The translations under genes were made by a program, and so were the position numbers. From a virus (Duplodnaviria > Caudoviricetes), in the IMG/VR virus record IMGVR_UViG_3300043407_000008, positions 1 through 34,080 of that record: a stretch of 34,080 nt of DNA, one strand, 5' to 3'. How positions within the stretch are numbered: position 1 is the first letter of the stretch; every line of letters starts with the position of its first letter. Below are positions 9,495 to 17,704 of this stretch, piece after piece. The notes below the pieces were generated by a model, which did no database searches, was not told the origin of the DNA, and saw only the letters and a list, made by a program, of their open reading frames with translations.

Positions 9495-10218
9495 AGATTT
9501 TCTTAAAGCCAGCCTCTACTTGCTTAACGAAGGCTTCATCGCGCTTGGCTACGTTCCAATAACGCTCATCTTTCATCATAGCTTTCAAGTCTGCTTCAGA
9601 ACTTCCCGTTGCTGGGTTGGCAGCGCCTGAGAAACTGCCGTCTTTCATCGCTTCCATCATAATCTCAAGCGCAACAATGCCTTCTGCGCTTTCGCAAAGA
9701 CGTTCAATCGCTGGCATTGTTTCCGCTGGAAAGAACTTGGTCGCAAACATGGACGCAGCTTCAATGCGCTGGTTTGCATTGTCGCCAAGTTTGCCACGTT
9801 CCTGCGTTAGATCAGGACCAGCGGGCATAGAGTTCATGTAAATCTCAATGCCCTTCTCAAACTCGCTCTGAGAGAAGCCGTTCTCGTAGGAGTGATCTGC
9901 CCACCACTTTAGAAGATCACTTTGCAGCGCCTCTTCTTCAATAACAAAGTCAGGCAGTTCATACTCGCCAGCCGTAGCGGGGCGATCCTTGTAGGCTTCG
10001 GCATTTAGTTCTTCTAGCACCTTCTTGCGAAGGTCTTCTTCCTTCTTGCCAAACTTGCCCTCTAGTTCCTTATAGGCTTTTGCCAGTTCTTCAGGGCTTT
10101 TGTATTTCTCAGGTAGCCACTCAGGGCGACTGTCTGCTTTCGGAGCCTCGGCAACTGGTTCAACTTGCGGGGCAACTTCGACGGCTTCTGCTTCTTCGCT
10201 CAAAAGGGATTCGCTCAT
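9487..10218 (-). CDS. Capsid assembly scaffolding protein
   Basis: Acidic and helical, with the RPEWLPEKYKSPEELAKAYKELE motif of T7 gp9-like scaffolds and a C-terminal YW...FVKQVEAGFKKIYG. Confidence 0.9.
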   Translation of the reverse strand: MSESLLSEEAEAVEVAPQVEPVAEAPKADSRPEWLPEKYKSPEELAKAYKELEGKFGKKEEDLRKKVLEELNAEAYKDRPATAGEYELPDFVIEEEALQSDLLKWWADHSYENGFSQSEFEKGIEIYMNSMPAGPDLTQERGKLGDNANQRIEAASMFATKFFPAETMPAIERLCESAEGIVALEIMMEAMKDGSFSGAANPATGSSEADLKAMMKDERYWNVAKRDEAFVKQVEAGFKKIYG

Positions 10219-10478
10219 TGTTTGCTCCTGTGTGCATGATCAATACGGCGCTCAAGAAGGCCAACGATGTATCGCTGCCCCTCCAAGTGGCGTAGTTCGT
10301 CCGTGCTTATGTTCGGCCCACTCACCATTTCAATGGTGATAGAACGCAAATATCGCAGGACTTCCTTTCCCGTAGGAGAAGAGAAAATCTCTGCGATATG
10401 CTGGCTGATCTTTACGTCCTCAACGTGAGAACGTGTAAAACTATCTATTCCGATGTTAACCTTGGGGTGGCTGACCAA
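10215..10478 (-). CDS. Bbp19-like small head protein
   Basis: FSSPTGKEVLRYLR...EGQRYIV motif between portal and scaffold. The likely start is TTG at 10478 after GGGA, rather than the track start at 10532. Confidence 0.7.
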   Translation of the reverse strand: MVSHPKVNIGIDSFTRSHVEDVKISQHIAEIFSSPTGKEVLRYLRSITIEMVSGPNISTDELRHLEGQRYIVGLLERRIDHAHRSKQ

Positions 10479-12009
10479 CTTGCATTCCCGATTGTTGCTG
10501 CTGCATCTGCTGTTGCGCCATCTGCTGCGCAATTGCAGCTATCTGCTTACGCTGATCTTCATCGCGAATCAAGCTTTCTGGCACACCAAACTTTTTAGCT
10601 AGGTGAATAGCAGTTTTCTCAGAATCAATCAGCATTTGCAGCATTTCAGGTCCAAAGGTCTGACCAATCAACTGCAAGTAACGGGCAACGCTAGAGATGT
10701 CTTGGTTTGCTTGGGCTTGAGCCAGTGGAGATACCGACCGAACCTTAACTTCCCGACCATTTACTGTAGGAACATCAATACGACCCTGCTTTTTCAGGAT
10801 ATATATGACGCGCTGAAGAAGGGGTTGCACCAATTCTGCCTGTAAACGACCAAATGCAGAGCCAATGCGACGAGATAGGTCAGCCATACGCTCGGCAACC
10901 TCGGTCGCGGTAGCTGGTGTCTTGTCTGGATTGCCCAACATATCATTATAGAGCGCCCGTTTGATGTTCAAACGCATATCGCTGAGGATTAGTTGCGCTA
11001 CATCAAAGCGTCCAGCAGCATTAATAGGCTCCAAGCCACGGCTTCCCATAGCTTTTGGAATGATAGTTCCTGGAACAAGACGAATAGTATCTGGATTTAT
11101 GACGCCATCGTCTTCCATTTGGTAGATACCGCTGATCGACATCTGCGCATTCTCAAGGATCAACTCAATCGTAAGATTAGTGGTCTTGATTGCAGACAAA
11201 GCGTTCATCAGCGGGCCACGACCATAGACTTCACCAGCGCATTTAGCCCAGCGGAAGCAAATGAATGGGTTAGAACCCACACCTTTCATCTGCTTCTTGT
11301 AAAGAACAGTCTCGGTCGACATACAAATTGCGTAGTGGTAGTAGCCTTCCTCGTTACGCAGTTCATAGTCACGGCAAACCACCTCAAGCACAGTGGTCGT
11401 GCCATCGCCCTGCATCTGACGCTCTACCTGTGGGTCAAACTCGCCCTTGGGATAGAGAATGCGCAGATCAGCATAGCGGATTTTCTTACGCTCACGGAAC
11501 ACATGGTCAATACGATCATCAGGTCCAGTATCCAGCACCACATGGGGCAACGGGATTGCTGAGAAGATGATAGGATTGATTGCGTCTCCCTCTTCCACAG
11601 CCAGAACGCCAGTGCCAACCGCCAAGTCCATGAACGATTCATGCACCTCTTGGTTGAAGTTGGAGTTCTGTAGGATTTCAAAGACGTATTCAGTGACAGC
11701 ATCAAGTTCGTTGTCTACTGCTTCACGCTCCTTGGGCGGAACCTCGGAGCCAGAGATAAGATCAGCCCACCGCGCAAAGTTTGGAACAAGCCCGCTCTGA
11801 AGCCTACTGGCAAACTCTTGAACGCCAACAACGGCAGTCTCGTCAAAGATTTTATCATCTCTGCGCTGTCCTGCTGTCTCATAGTAAAAGGACTCACGCT
11901 GAGGAAGCGCATACTCGTAGCACTCCTCAAATAGCGGAACCCAATTCTCCCGAAAGGCTTTCGCTTTCAGGTATCGCTCAAGGTATTTCTTTGCCAGTGG
12001 GTCTTTCAT
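10456..12009 (-). CDS. Portal (head-tail connector) protein
   Basis: WVPLFEECYEYALP, IFDETA, DLAVGTG, RWAKCAGEVYGRGP and TATEVAER motifs of T7 gp8 / Bbp21 connectors. Confidence 0.95.
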   Translation of the reverse strand: MKDPLAKKYLERYLKAKAFRENWVPLFEECYEYALPQRESFYYETAGQRRDDKIFDETAVVGVQEFASRLQSGLVPNFARWADLISGSEVPPKEREAVDNELDAVTEYVFEILQNSNFNQEVHESFMDLAVGTGVLAVEEGDAINPIIFSAIPLPHVVLDTGPDDRIDHVFRERKKIRYADLRILYPKGEFDPQVERQMQGDGTTTVLEVVCRDYELRNEEGYYHYAICMSTETVLYKKQMKGVGSNPFICFRWAKCAGEVYGRGPLMNALSAIKTTNLTIELILENAQMSISGIYQMEDDGVINPDTIRLVPGTIIPKAMGSRGLEPINAAGRFDVAQLILSDMRLNIKRALYNDMLGNPDKTPATATEVAERMADLSRRIGSAFGRLQAELVQPLLQRVIYILKKQGRIDVPTVNGREVKVRSVSPLAQAQANQDISSVARYLQLIGQTFGPEMLQMLIDSEKTAIHLAKKFGVPESLIRDEDQRKQIAAIAQQMAQQQMQQQQSGMQVGQPPQG

Positions 12010-12266
12010 TACTGGAACCTACCCAAGAATCCTTGTGCGCCAGCCGAGAATAGGGAGCGGCGACCAGCACCACCCGTCATACCCTCACGCGCAGTCTTGG
12101 TATCAAGAGCAGCGCCAATATCTTCCTGCTTTTTCTTGGCGCGAACCTCAGCTTCTGCTTGAGCAGCCGCATCTGCCGCAGCGCGTTGAGCCGCAGCCGC
12201 ATCAGCTTGTTGTTGTTGAGAAGCAGCCGCCGCTGATTTCTCTGCCTTACTTGGTCCAAAGCACAT
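12009..12266 (-). CDS. Small Ala/Gln-rich virion-associated protein (MCFG start)
   Basis: GGAGG RBS; MCFG N-terminus and GRRSLF near the C-terminus; pre-portal position similar to T7 gp7.3. Confidence 0.7.
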   Translation of the reverse strand: MCFGPSKAEKSAAAASQQQQADAAAAQRAAADAAAQAEAEVRAKKKQEDIGAALDTKTAREGMTGGAGRRSLFSAGAQGFLGRFQ

Positions 12267-12309
12267 GATGTCCTCCTGTGTTGTCTATCGAAAAGCATAG
12301 ATACGGAAT

Positions 12310-12330
12310 TGCATCAATGCACAAAGCTAC
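12310..12330 (-). promoter_or_regulatory. Putative late-promoter motif upstream of the portal operon
   Basis: Minus strand GTAGCTTTGTGCATTGATGCA is 19/21 identical to 31280-31300; TATGCT follows downstream. Confidence 0.6.
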
Positions 12331-13850
12331 ATCCTAGACCAAAGGCCCTGTCTGCGCTTTGGTTTATCAGACCGCGCAAAAACATCAAAGCCTGTCTTTG
12401 CAACTGTGACTTGCGCTGGTTTTTGACTGTTCATCAAGGCACGACCCTCGCCAGCGCCGAGAAGAAGATACTGCAAAGCGTCATGAATATGGCTGAACAT
12501 ATTCTTATCGGGCCGATCAGAGTATCTTTCACCAGATACCTCCATCCGCTTGTAGGAATACCCACCTTCAAAGCCCTTGATGAGCGTAGAACAGCGCCGA
12601 TCAATGAGAAAGCCAGACTTTCCCTCAACCATCTTGGTAAGTTGGGAAGAAACAGCCTCAATCCGTAGGTCAGGAGAGTTAGAAGGTGCTGGGAAAGCCC
12701 TCAATCCAGCGCCTCTTAGGATATGGAAGGGGGTTGATTCATCAGTCTGCGCCCTGAAATCACCAGCGGGATCGCCATAGATGATAACTTCGCTGGCAGC
12801 AGCAAACCGAGAGGATAGTTCGTTGCGTAGAACCTCAGCAAACCGAACAATCCCCATATCAATGGCGACGATTTCAGATTGGATGAGCCAACGGCCTCTA
12901 ACTTTCTGCCCAATAGCCGCAGCAGGGGTCAATCCAAAGTCTAGCCCGACATAGATTGGCAGTCCAGCGGCAATTGGGATTTCTTCTTGGGCAATGTGAA
13001 CTTCTGGCGCGAACATGGAATACACTGGCTTGCCATCCTGAATAGTTCCAAGGCGGTTCATGACATAAACATCAATCCAACTCTTGGTCTTGCCCTGCAA
13101 GAGATTGGAATAGTAGGATTCCATCATGTTGTTGCGGTTCTCAGCCACAGGGTTTGGCTTGTAGTTATCAACCTGACCCTCTTGATCCTTAACCTCAAGC
13201 ATCCCAGCGGGCTGTGTAAAGAAACGCCAGTTGTCTGGCTTCACCAGCATCTTGGCTTGTTCCTTCGGAATGTGATCTGGAATTGGGACTTCTCCAGCCA
13301 TGATGGGCCACCAATGATCTTCTTCAGGCGCATTGGTATCGGCAATAACACCAGTCCAAGAAGGACCGCCATCACGCATAGAAGGATAACGACCAACACG
13401 CATCGTGCAAGCATCGACAATGCTCTTAGGAATCTCTCGCGCTTCGTTAATCCAGATGCCAGTAAGTTCGAGCGACAGAAGTTTCTTAACATCTTCGGGC
13501 CGATCAAGAGCCAAGAAGAGAACCTCAAGGTCAATATCGCCTTTCTTGATGTGATGAGTGTAGGGAACTGACCAGATGAACTTACCCCAATCATTCTCAG
13601 GGAACCAATCCAGCCAAGTCTTAATCGTAGTTGTTCTTAACTGTGGGTTGGTGTTTCGGATGATAGCCCAGCGGCTTTTGCGAATGCCGTCTGGACCCTT
13701 CTGTTGGGCTAGCGCCCTGCGGAAAACCTCAACGCAGCACACCACTGACTTGCCGCTACCAACAGGGCCGCGAATGCCACGAACAAAGGTATCGTCCTTC
13801 ATAAAAGCCTTGAGGACTTCACCATCAGGCTTGTATTTGAAGTCAATCAT
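12327..13850 (-). CDS. terL: Terminase large subunit
   Basis: Walker A GPVGSGKS, Walker B GIWINEARE, DTNAP motif, and RNase H-like nuclease motifs VGLDFGLTPAA and HIHDALQY. Confidence 0.95.
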   Translation of the reverse strand: MIDFKYKPDGEVLKAFMKDDTFVRGIRGPVGSGKSVVCCVEVFRRALAQQKGPDGIRKSRWAIIRNTNPQLRTTTIKTWLDWFPENDWGKFIWSVPYTHHIKKGDIDLEVLFLALDRPEDVKKLLSLELTGIWINEAREIPKSIVDACTMRVGRYPSMRDGGPSWTGVIADTNAPEEDHWWPIMAGEVPIPDHIPKEQAKMLVKPDNWRFFTQPAGMLEVKDQEGQVDNYKPNPVAENRNNMMESYYSNLLQGKTKSWIDVYVMNRLGTIQDGKPVYSMFAPEVHIAQEEIPIAAGLPIYVGLDFGLTPAAAIGQKVRGRWLIQSEIVAIDMGIVRFAEVLRNELSSRFAAASEVIIYGDPAGDFRAQTDESTPFHILRGAGLRAFPAPSNSPDLRIEAVSSQLTKMVEGKSGFLIDRRCSTLIKGFEGGYSYKRMEVSGERYSDRPDKNMFSHIHDALQYLLLGAGEGRALMNSQKPAQVTVAKTGFDVFARSDKPKRRQGLWSRM

Positions 13851-14035
13851 CTAAGACCTTTATCGACACCAAAGCGGATCATCCGCTCAACAATCTCTGG
13901 CCCAAGCCCTTCGATCAACTTGTCGCATTCTTTATCAGGCTTGAAGTCATCTGGCACATAAGCCAAATGAACGTTCCTCACTATCTTGCGAAGAACGTCC
14001 AGATCACTTTTACTGATTGTGCTTATGAAGCTCAT
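13847..14035 (-). CDS. Hypothetical protein (62 aa)
   Basis: ATG at 14035 overlaps the upstream TAA, and its stop overlaps the terL start (translational coupling). Confidence 0.7.
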   Translation of the reverse strand: MSFISTISKSDLDVLRKIVRNVHLAYVPDDFKPDKECDKLIEGLGPEIVERMIRFGVDKGLR

Positions 14036-14406
14036 TAAGAGAACAAGTCCTTCCAACGATTCAAGGCAACCATCAGGCCACCCCTTGCGCCGCCGCCGCC
14101 CTTATTCTTGCTTTCATAATTCTCTAAAAGAGAACGATTGGCCTTACCAACCTTGGTTATGATTGCATCATATTTTTGGTTAACGCTTTTGCGTTCGTTC
14201 ATAAGCTCGGTAACTTGCTTATCTTTCTTTGCGTCACTCTTGAATCTATCTTGCTTCAAAACAGCCTGACGGCTTGCCTCCCGCTTTTCTGCCGCAACCA
14301 TTGCGAGACGCAGTTTTTTTTCCTGCCGCCTATCTGCATTGGCAGATTTAGAGCCAATCTTTTGGTAAAGTTTTTCTCGAGCCTCGAGTTGATCATACGG
14401 GTCCAT
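14035..14406 (-). CDS. Hypothetical basic coiled-coil protein
   Basis: 123 aa, Lys/Arg-rich, tightly packed within the operon. Confidence 0.65.
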   Translation of the reverse strand: MDPYDQLEAREKLYQKIGSKSANADRRQEKKLRLAMVAAEKREASRQAVLKQDRFKSDAKKDKQVTELMNERKSVNQKYDAIITKVGKANRSLLENYESKNKGGGGARGGLMVALNRWKDLFS

Positions 14407-14407
14407 C

Positions 14408-14509
14408 TTACTTTCCCTTGGGCTTTGGTTTGGACTTAGGCATTGAAGGCATAGTCATGGGCTTCGTCGACTTAGGTGCAGTCGGCTTGGGGCCACCTTT
14501 GTTATACAT
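14408..14509 (-). CDS. Very small Lys/Pro-rich protein (33 aa)
   Basis: MYNKGGPKPTAPKSTKPMTMPSMPKSKPKPKGK. ATG at 14509 follows AAAGGAAAG and lies 1 nt after the upstream stop. Confidence 0.55.
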   Translation of the reverse strand: MYNKGGPKPTAPKSTKPMTMPSMPKSKPKPKGK

Positions 14510-14510
14510 C

Positions 14511-14672
14511 TTACTTTCCTTTTGCTGCCATTTCTTGGAACTTAGCCTTACCATACTTCTTGCGACCGATATAAGCAGCCAAAGCCCTTGGGTCTTTAGC
14601 ACCCTCAGATGCTAACTTCTTGACTAGCTTCTTATAACGACCGCCGCCGCCAACCTTCATGCTGTCAGCCAT
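14511..14672 (-). CDS. Small basic protein (53 aa), absent from the ORF track
   Basis: MADSMKVGGGGRYKKLVKKLASEGAKDPRALAAYIGRKKYGKAKFQEMAAKGK. Has a GGAG RBS and fills the gap between its neighbours exactly. Confidence 0.75.
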   Translation of the reverse strand: MADSMKVGGGGRYKKLVKKLASEGAKDPRALAAYIGRKKYGKAKFQEMAAKGK

Positions 14673-14673
14673 C

Positions 14674-14841
14674 TTAAATCTCCATAGGCATCAGAAGACT
14701 GCGAACCTTACCGCCAGCCATAACCTCTTTATACTGGGGATCAACGCGCTGAACAGGGTCAACGCTCAAAGAAGGCAGCTTGTAGTCTGGCTTCACATAG
14801 TCAGTCTTAATCTTTGGCATAGAGCCACCACCAAAGCACAT
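14674..14841 (-). CDS. Small protein with MCFGGG start (55 aa)
   Basis: AAGGAG RBS before ATG 14841; MCFGGGSMPKIK...GGKVRSLLMPMEI. Confidence 0.7.
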   Translation of the reverse strand: MCFGGGSMPKIKTDYVKPDYKLPSLSVDPVQRVDPQYKEVMAGGKVRSLLMPMEI

Positions 14842-14845
14842 AACC

Positions 14846-15151
14846 CTACTCCTTCTTTGCCTTAAGGCGGTTGCTGATAGCCCGCGCCTTAGACTTGGCA
14901 TCATCCTTACTACTTGCGCCCCATGCCTTTAGGCTGAGAAGCAAGCGAGTAGGGCGACCCTTCTCATCCTTCTCTGGCCCAGCCATGTTCCCCATCCTCG
15001 CCAAAAAAGAAGCGCGACGAGGATTGTCTCCACTCTTAACAGGAGCCTTAAGGTTGCCCCCCGTCTCCCGATTGTAACTCTCCCGACCCTTGGAGTTCAA
15101 TCCCCCCGCTGGGTTCTTGCCCTCCTTCCGCTGCCATGCTGGACTCTTCAC
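14846..15151 (-). CDS. Basic phage protein (DUF6321-like)
   Basis: AWQRKEGKNPAGGLNSKGRESYN...LKAP...RRASFLARM...LKAW is a recurrent aquatic-phage family motif. Confidence 0.75.
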   Translation of the reverse strand: MKSPAWQRKEGKNPAGGLNSKGRESYNRETGGNLKAPVKSGDNPRRASFLARMGNMAGPEKDEKGRPTRLLLSLKAWGASSKDDAKSKARAISNRLKAKKE

Positions 15152-15245
15152 CCATCATCTCCTTCGCGACAGAATTATCGCCAATCGGTTGGCGTTCTGG
15201 AACCTTATCGCCAAACCTACCGCCTGTCTTAGCACTAACTCGCAT
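15048..15245 (-). CDS. Hypothetical protein; C-terminus overlaps the next gene
   Basis: ATG preceded by GGGG; first ORF after the terS-downstream spacer. The 104-nt overlap lowers confidence. Confidence 0.4.
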   Translation of the reverse strand: MRVSAKTGGRFGDKVPERQPIGDNSVAKEMMGEESSMAAEGGQEPSGGIELQGSGELQSGDGGQP

Positions 15246-15354
15246 TCGATACCCCGAACCTTTTTGGAGAAAAATAAGAGTGGTAGAGTATTACAGTAAC
15301 ATAGTCGCTAAGTTTTCCCCCCACCCTACATACTACGAGTAGTCGCTGAGGAAA

Positions 15355-15735
15355 TTACCCTAGGTCAATGTGGACCCTTATATCACCTGCAACTTGTATC
15401 TGTGATCTATCAACAGGTTTAAACCCAGCTCTATCAAGTAAATCCTTGCTAGCCTCTAGCTGAACATACTCAGACTTGGCACTCTTAGCTAAGCTTGCCA
15501 CCCTGTGAACAGCCATTGCCGCATGAGTTGCAAACGCCTCGGCTGTTACCTGCATTAGATACTGCTGCACATGTGGAGTCTTCATAGTCTTCCACGCTGT
15601 GACTCTTGCAGAATTGCCCTCAGCATATCCTGCTTCATTAGCGGCTTGCGTTAGGTTACCACCATTTGCAACATACGCTTCAACGAGGGCCTTCTGTCTT
15701 ACAGTTAGCTTACGCATATCCTGAAGTCTTTTCAT
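15355..15735 (-). CDS. terS: Terminase small subunit
   Basis: KLTVRQKALVEAYVANGGNLTQAANEAGY HTH-type N-terminus and ASKDLLDRAGFK. Confidence 0.88.
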   Translation of the reverse strand: MKRLQDMRKLTVRQKALVEAYVANGGNLTQAANEAGYAEGNSARVTAWKTMKTPHVQQYLMQVTAEAFATHAAMAVHRVASLAKSAKSEYVQLEASKDLLDRAGFKPVDRSQIQVAGDIRVHIDLG

Positions 15736-15766
15736 CTATCACTCACCCCCCCTGTCTGTCCCCCCC

Positions 15767-15795
15767 ATCTAGGCTCAGTGTCAACCTCTAGTCAA
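15767..15795 (-). promoter_or_regulatory. Sigma70-type promoter for terS
   Basis: Minus strand TTGACT-N17-CTAGAT, close to the alphaproteobacterial TTGAC-N17/18-CTATAT consensus. Confidence 0.55.
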
Positions 15796-15845
15796 TCCAT
15801 CCGTTACCATATGTGTCAGACTGTAACAAAAAGTGATGGGCCATC

Positions 15846-16444
15846 CTCCTTCGTCGGAGCGGGCTTTCGTGAACAGAGCCAGCAAGCTGTCTCTGCCGCA
15901 AGCGGCTTCAATCCCTTGTCCAAGTGATCCTCTATGATCTGATGTTCAGCAGACTTCACCGACATATGCGTGAAGGACAACCCCGCCTTCAGCGGGATTA
16001 TCTGCTCCACGCATACGTCACTTGGCCTCGTATCTGACTTGGGGCCGTCGGCTTTCGCAAGGCTTCGCGTCGACGGACAAGGATGTAACCCGCTGCGGTA
16101 TAACCATCCATCTGTGCTGCGCTACGCTTGCGATGGATAGGTTATGTCCTCGCTGTGTGGACTCTCACACACATGATCCCCCGTGGGCAGGATATCCCCG
16201 ATAGGCAGGGGGAATAATGCATCGTCAACCCCGTCCCGCCCAAGAGCGGGAGGGGTCGGCAGTTCGCGCCCTCGGTCGCCATGCTCGACGCACACGCATC
16301 CAAGCGGATGCATGTGAGTGCGTCTGCGCGTGGCTCGGTCGTTCGCCGCTATGCTGAACTGCCTTGACCATTCCCGAGTCGCAAGCGCCTCGGTGCGATT
16401 ATTCCCTGCACAAAATAGATATCCTTGGCACGGGAGATCATGTG
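15846..16444 (+). ncRNA. Large highly structured non-coding element (candidate ncRNA, leader RNA or ssDNA structure)
   Basis: More than 12 local and long-range helices forming two multibranch domains, with no credible CDS. G-U wobbles mostly favour the plus strand. Confidence 0.55.
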
Positions 16445-16468
16445 CTTGATAGAAAATGGAGAGATGTA

Positions 16469-16636
16469 ATGCACAGTATATACTGGGTTGACCTATGCGA
16501 TGGAACCGAGCGGCGTTGGTTCCCAAATAAGCGCCGCGCTAAGAAATACGGCAAGGCAATGGAACGTGCTTCAGGATTAACATGGGCTTTCTTTTATCTA
16601 ATGTGGAAACAGGAAATACCGCTAAAGAATATGTAA
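16469..16636 (+). CDS. Small early protein (55 aa)
   Basis: AATGGAGA RBS before ATG 16469; MHSIYWVDLCDGTERRWFPNKRRAKKYGK... Confidence 0.6.
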   Translation: MHSIYWVDLCDGTERRWFPNKRRAKKYGKAMERASGLTWAFFYLMWKQEIPLKNM

Positions 16637-16637
16637 T

Positions 16638-16724
16638 CCCCTAGAGGATCATTCATCTGAGTCAAGTCGACCCGCAAGCGGGCGCAGAGCGGACTTGACT
16701 CAGACGCCTGACCCTCTCTTGGGG
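16638..16724. repeat. Long inverted repeat / hairpin
   Basis: Perfect 13-bp stem 16656-16668/16692-16704 (TCTGAGTCAAGTC) enclosing CCCGCAAGCGGG, with imperfect outer arms. Confidence 0.8.
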
Positions 16725-16779
16725 CGGGCATAATAAGAAGAAACTGTAACCTCAATCAAACATCACAATGGAGAAGATC

Positions 16780-17364
16780 ATGAACACCTACGAAAATATC
16801 AGCTTGCATGACGCTATCGCACGCATCGCATCCGAGTTCAACAATCCCTACCTTGCCACAGAGCAAGACGGCACTATTGTGGAGAAGAATGCTTGGGCTT
16901 GGACACAGAAGCGTGTCATCCAGAGCATGGCTAACGCAGTCTATGCTGACCTATATGACCAGCGCACTTATACAGATGCCAAAGGTATCGCACGACCCAA
17001 GGGTCTGAAGCTACGCTATGACGCACAACTGCGCATGCTTAAGAACCTCGCTAAGAACGCAGACATGGCTAACGAGATTGATGCTCAGTCGTTGATCAAG
17101 GCTGCTGATTTCACTGAGAATCTAGAGGCCCAGCTTGAGTGCCTTGAGCTAGCCTACCACACCATGTGCAACGTCTACGAAGAGATGACAGGTGATACCT
17201 TGAAACCTTACGTTGCATGGCAAGACTACAAGTCGCAGCCTAAAGAGCAAGCGTCATCCGAGACTGCCGATGCAGCCAAGCGCGCAATGGCAAGGCTCGG
17301 CATCAAGGTCAAAGAAGGTTACTCTGCTAAGACCGATGGAGTTGATACTCCTGATGCGGAGTAA
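16780..17364 (+). CDS. Early hypothetical protein (helical, 194 aa)
   Basis: AATGGAGA RBS before ATG 16780; followed by its own terminator. Confidence 0.8.
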   Translation: MNTYENISLHDAIARIASEFNNPYLATEQDGTIVEKNAWAWTQKRVIQSMANAVYADLYDQRTYTDAKGIARPKGLKLRYDAQLRMLKNLAKNADMANEIDAQSLIKAADFTENLEAQLECLELAYHTMCNVYEEMTGDTLKPYVAWQDYKSQPKEQASSETADAAKRAMARLGIKVKEGYSAKTDGVDTPDAE

Positions 17365-17371
17365 AGAAGAA

Positions 17372-17399
17372 GAGGAGGGGCGCAAGCCTCTCCTTTTTT
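17372..17399 (+). terminator. Rho-independent terminator
   Basis: GGAGGGGC-GCAA-GCCTCTCC followed by a T-run, right after the stop at 17364. Confidence 0.85.
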
Positions 17400-17521
17400 C
17401 TTGCTACCTCGACCTGTTCCACAACGGTCGGGAGGGGGGCGCAAGGGGTTGGAACTGTCACGCCGCGCCTCGCAAGACTGACTGAAACGCTGAACAAATC
17501 AAAACCAAATGGAGAACTATC

Positions 17522-17704
17522 TTGTTTCGATTCAAGTATGATCCAGCCTACGGGCTGGCTGACGAGACACGCACTCACGCAGTCCTCGCTTCCATTGCTT
17601 ATGGAACCAAGAAGGCTGCGGAAAAGTGCAGCGTATCTACCACTGCTATCTACAAATGGCGCAATGATCTGGGCCTAATCAACAAGGAGAATACAAATGC
17701 TTGA
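17522..17704 (+). CDS. Small HTH DNA-binding protein
   Basis: AATGGAGA RBS with TTG start; TKKAAEKCSVSTTAIYKWR fits a helix-turn-helix pattern. Confidence 0.65.
   Translation: MFRFKYDPAYGLADETRTHAVLASIAYGTKKAAEKCSVSTTAIYKWRNDLGLINKENTNA

Noticed and set aside
15816-16526. ORFs 15816..16010, 16022..16204 and 16122..16526
   Set aside because: No convincing RBS and no recognisable motifs. They coincide with the base-paired region, which explains the sequence better.
15846-16724. tRNA, tmRNA, retron msr-msd or a known self-cleaving ribozyme
   Set aside because: By eye I found no cloverleaf or T-loop consensus and no complete hammerhead core, and no RT gene is present. A covariance-model search is still needed to exclude these formally.
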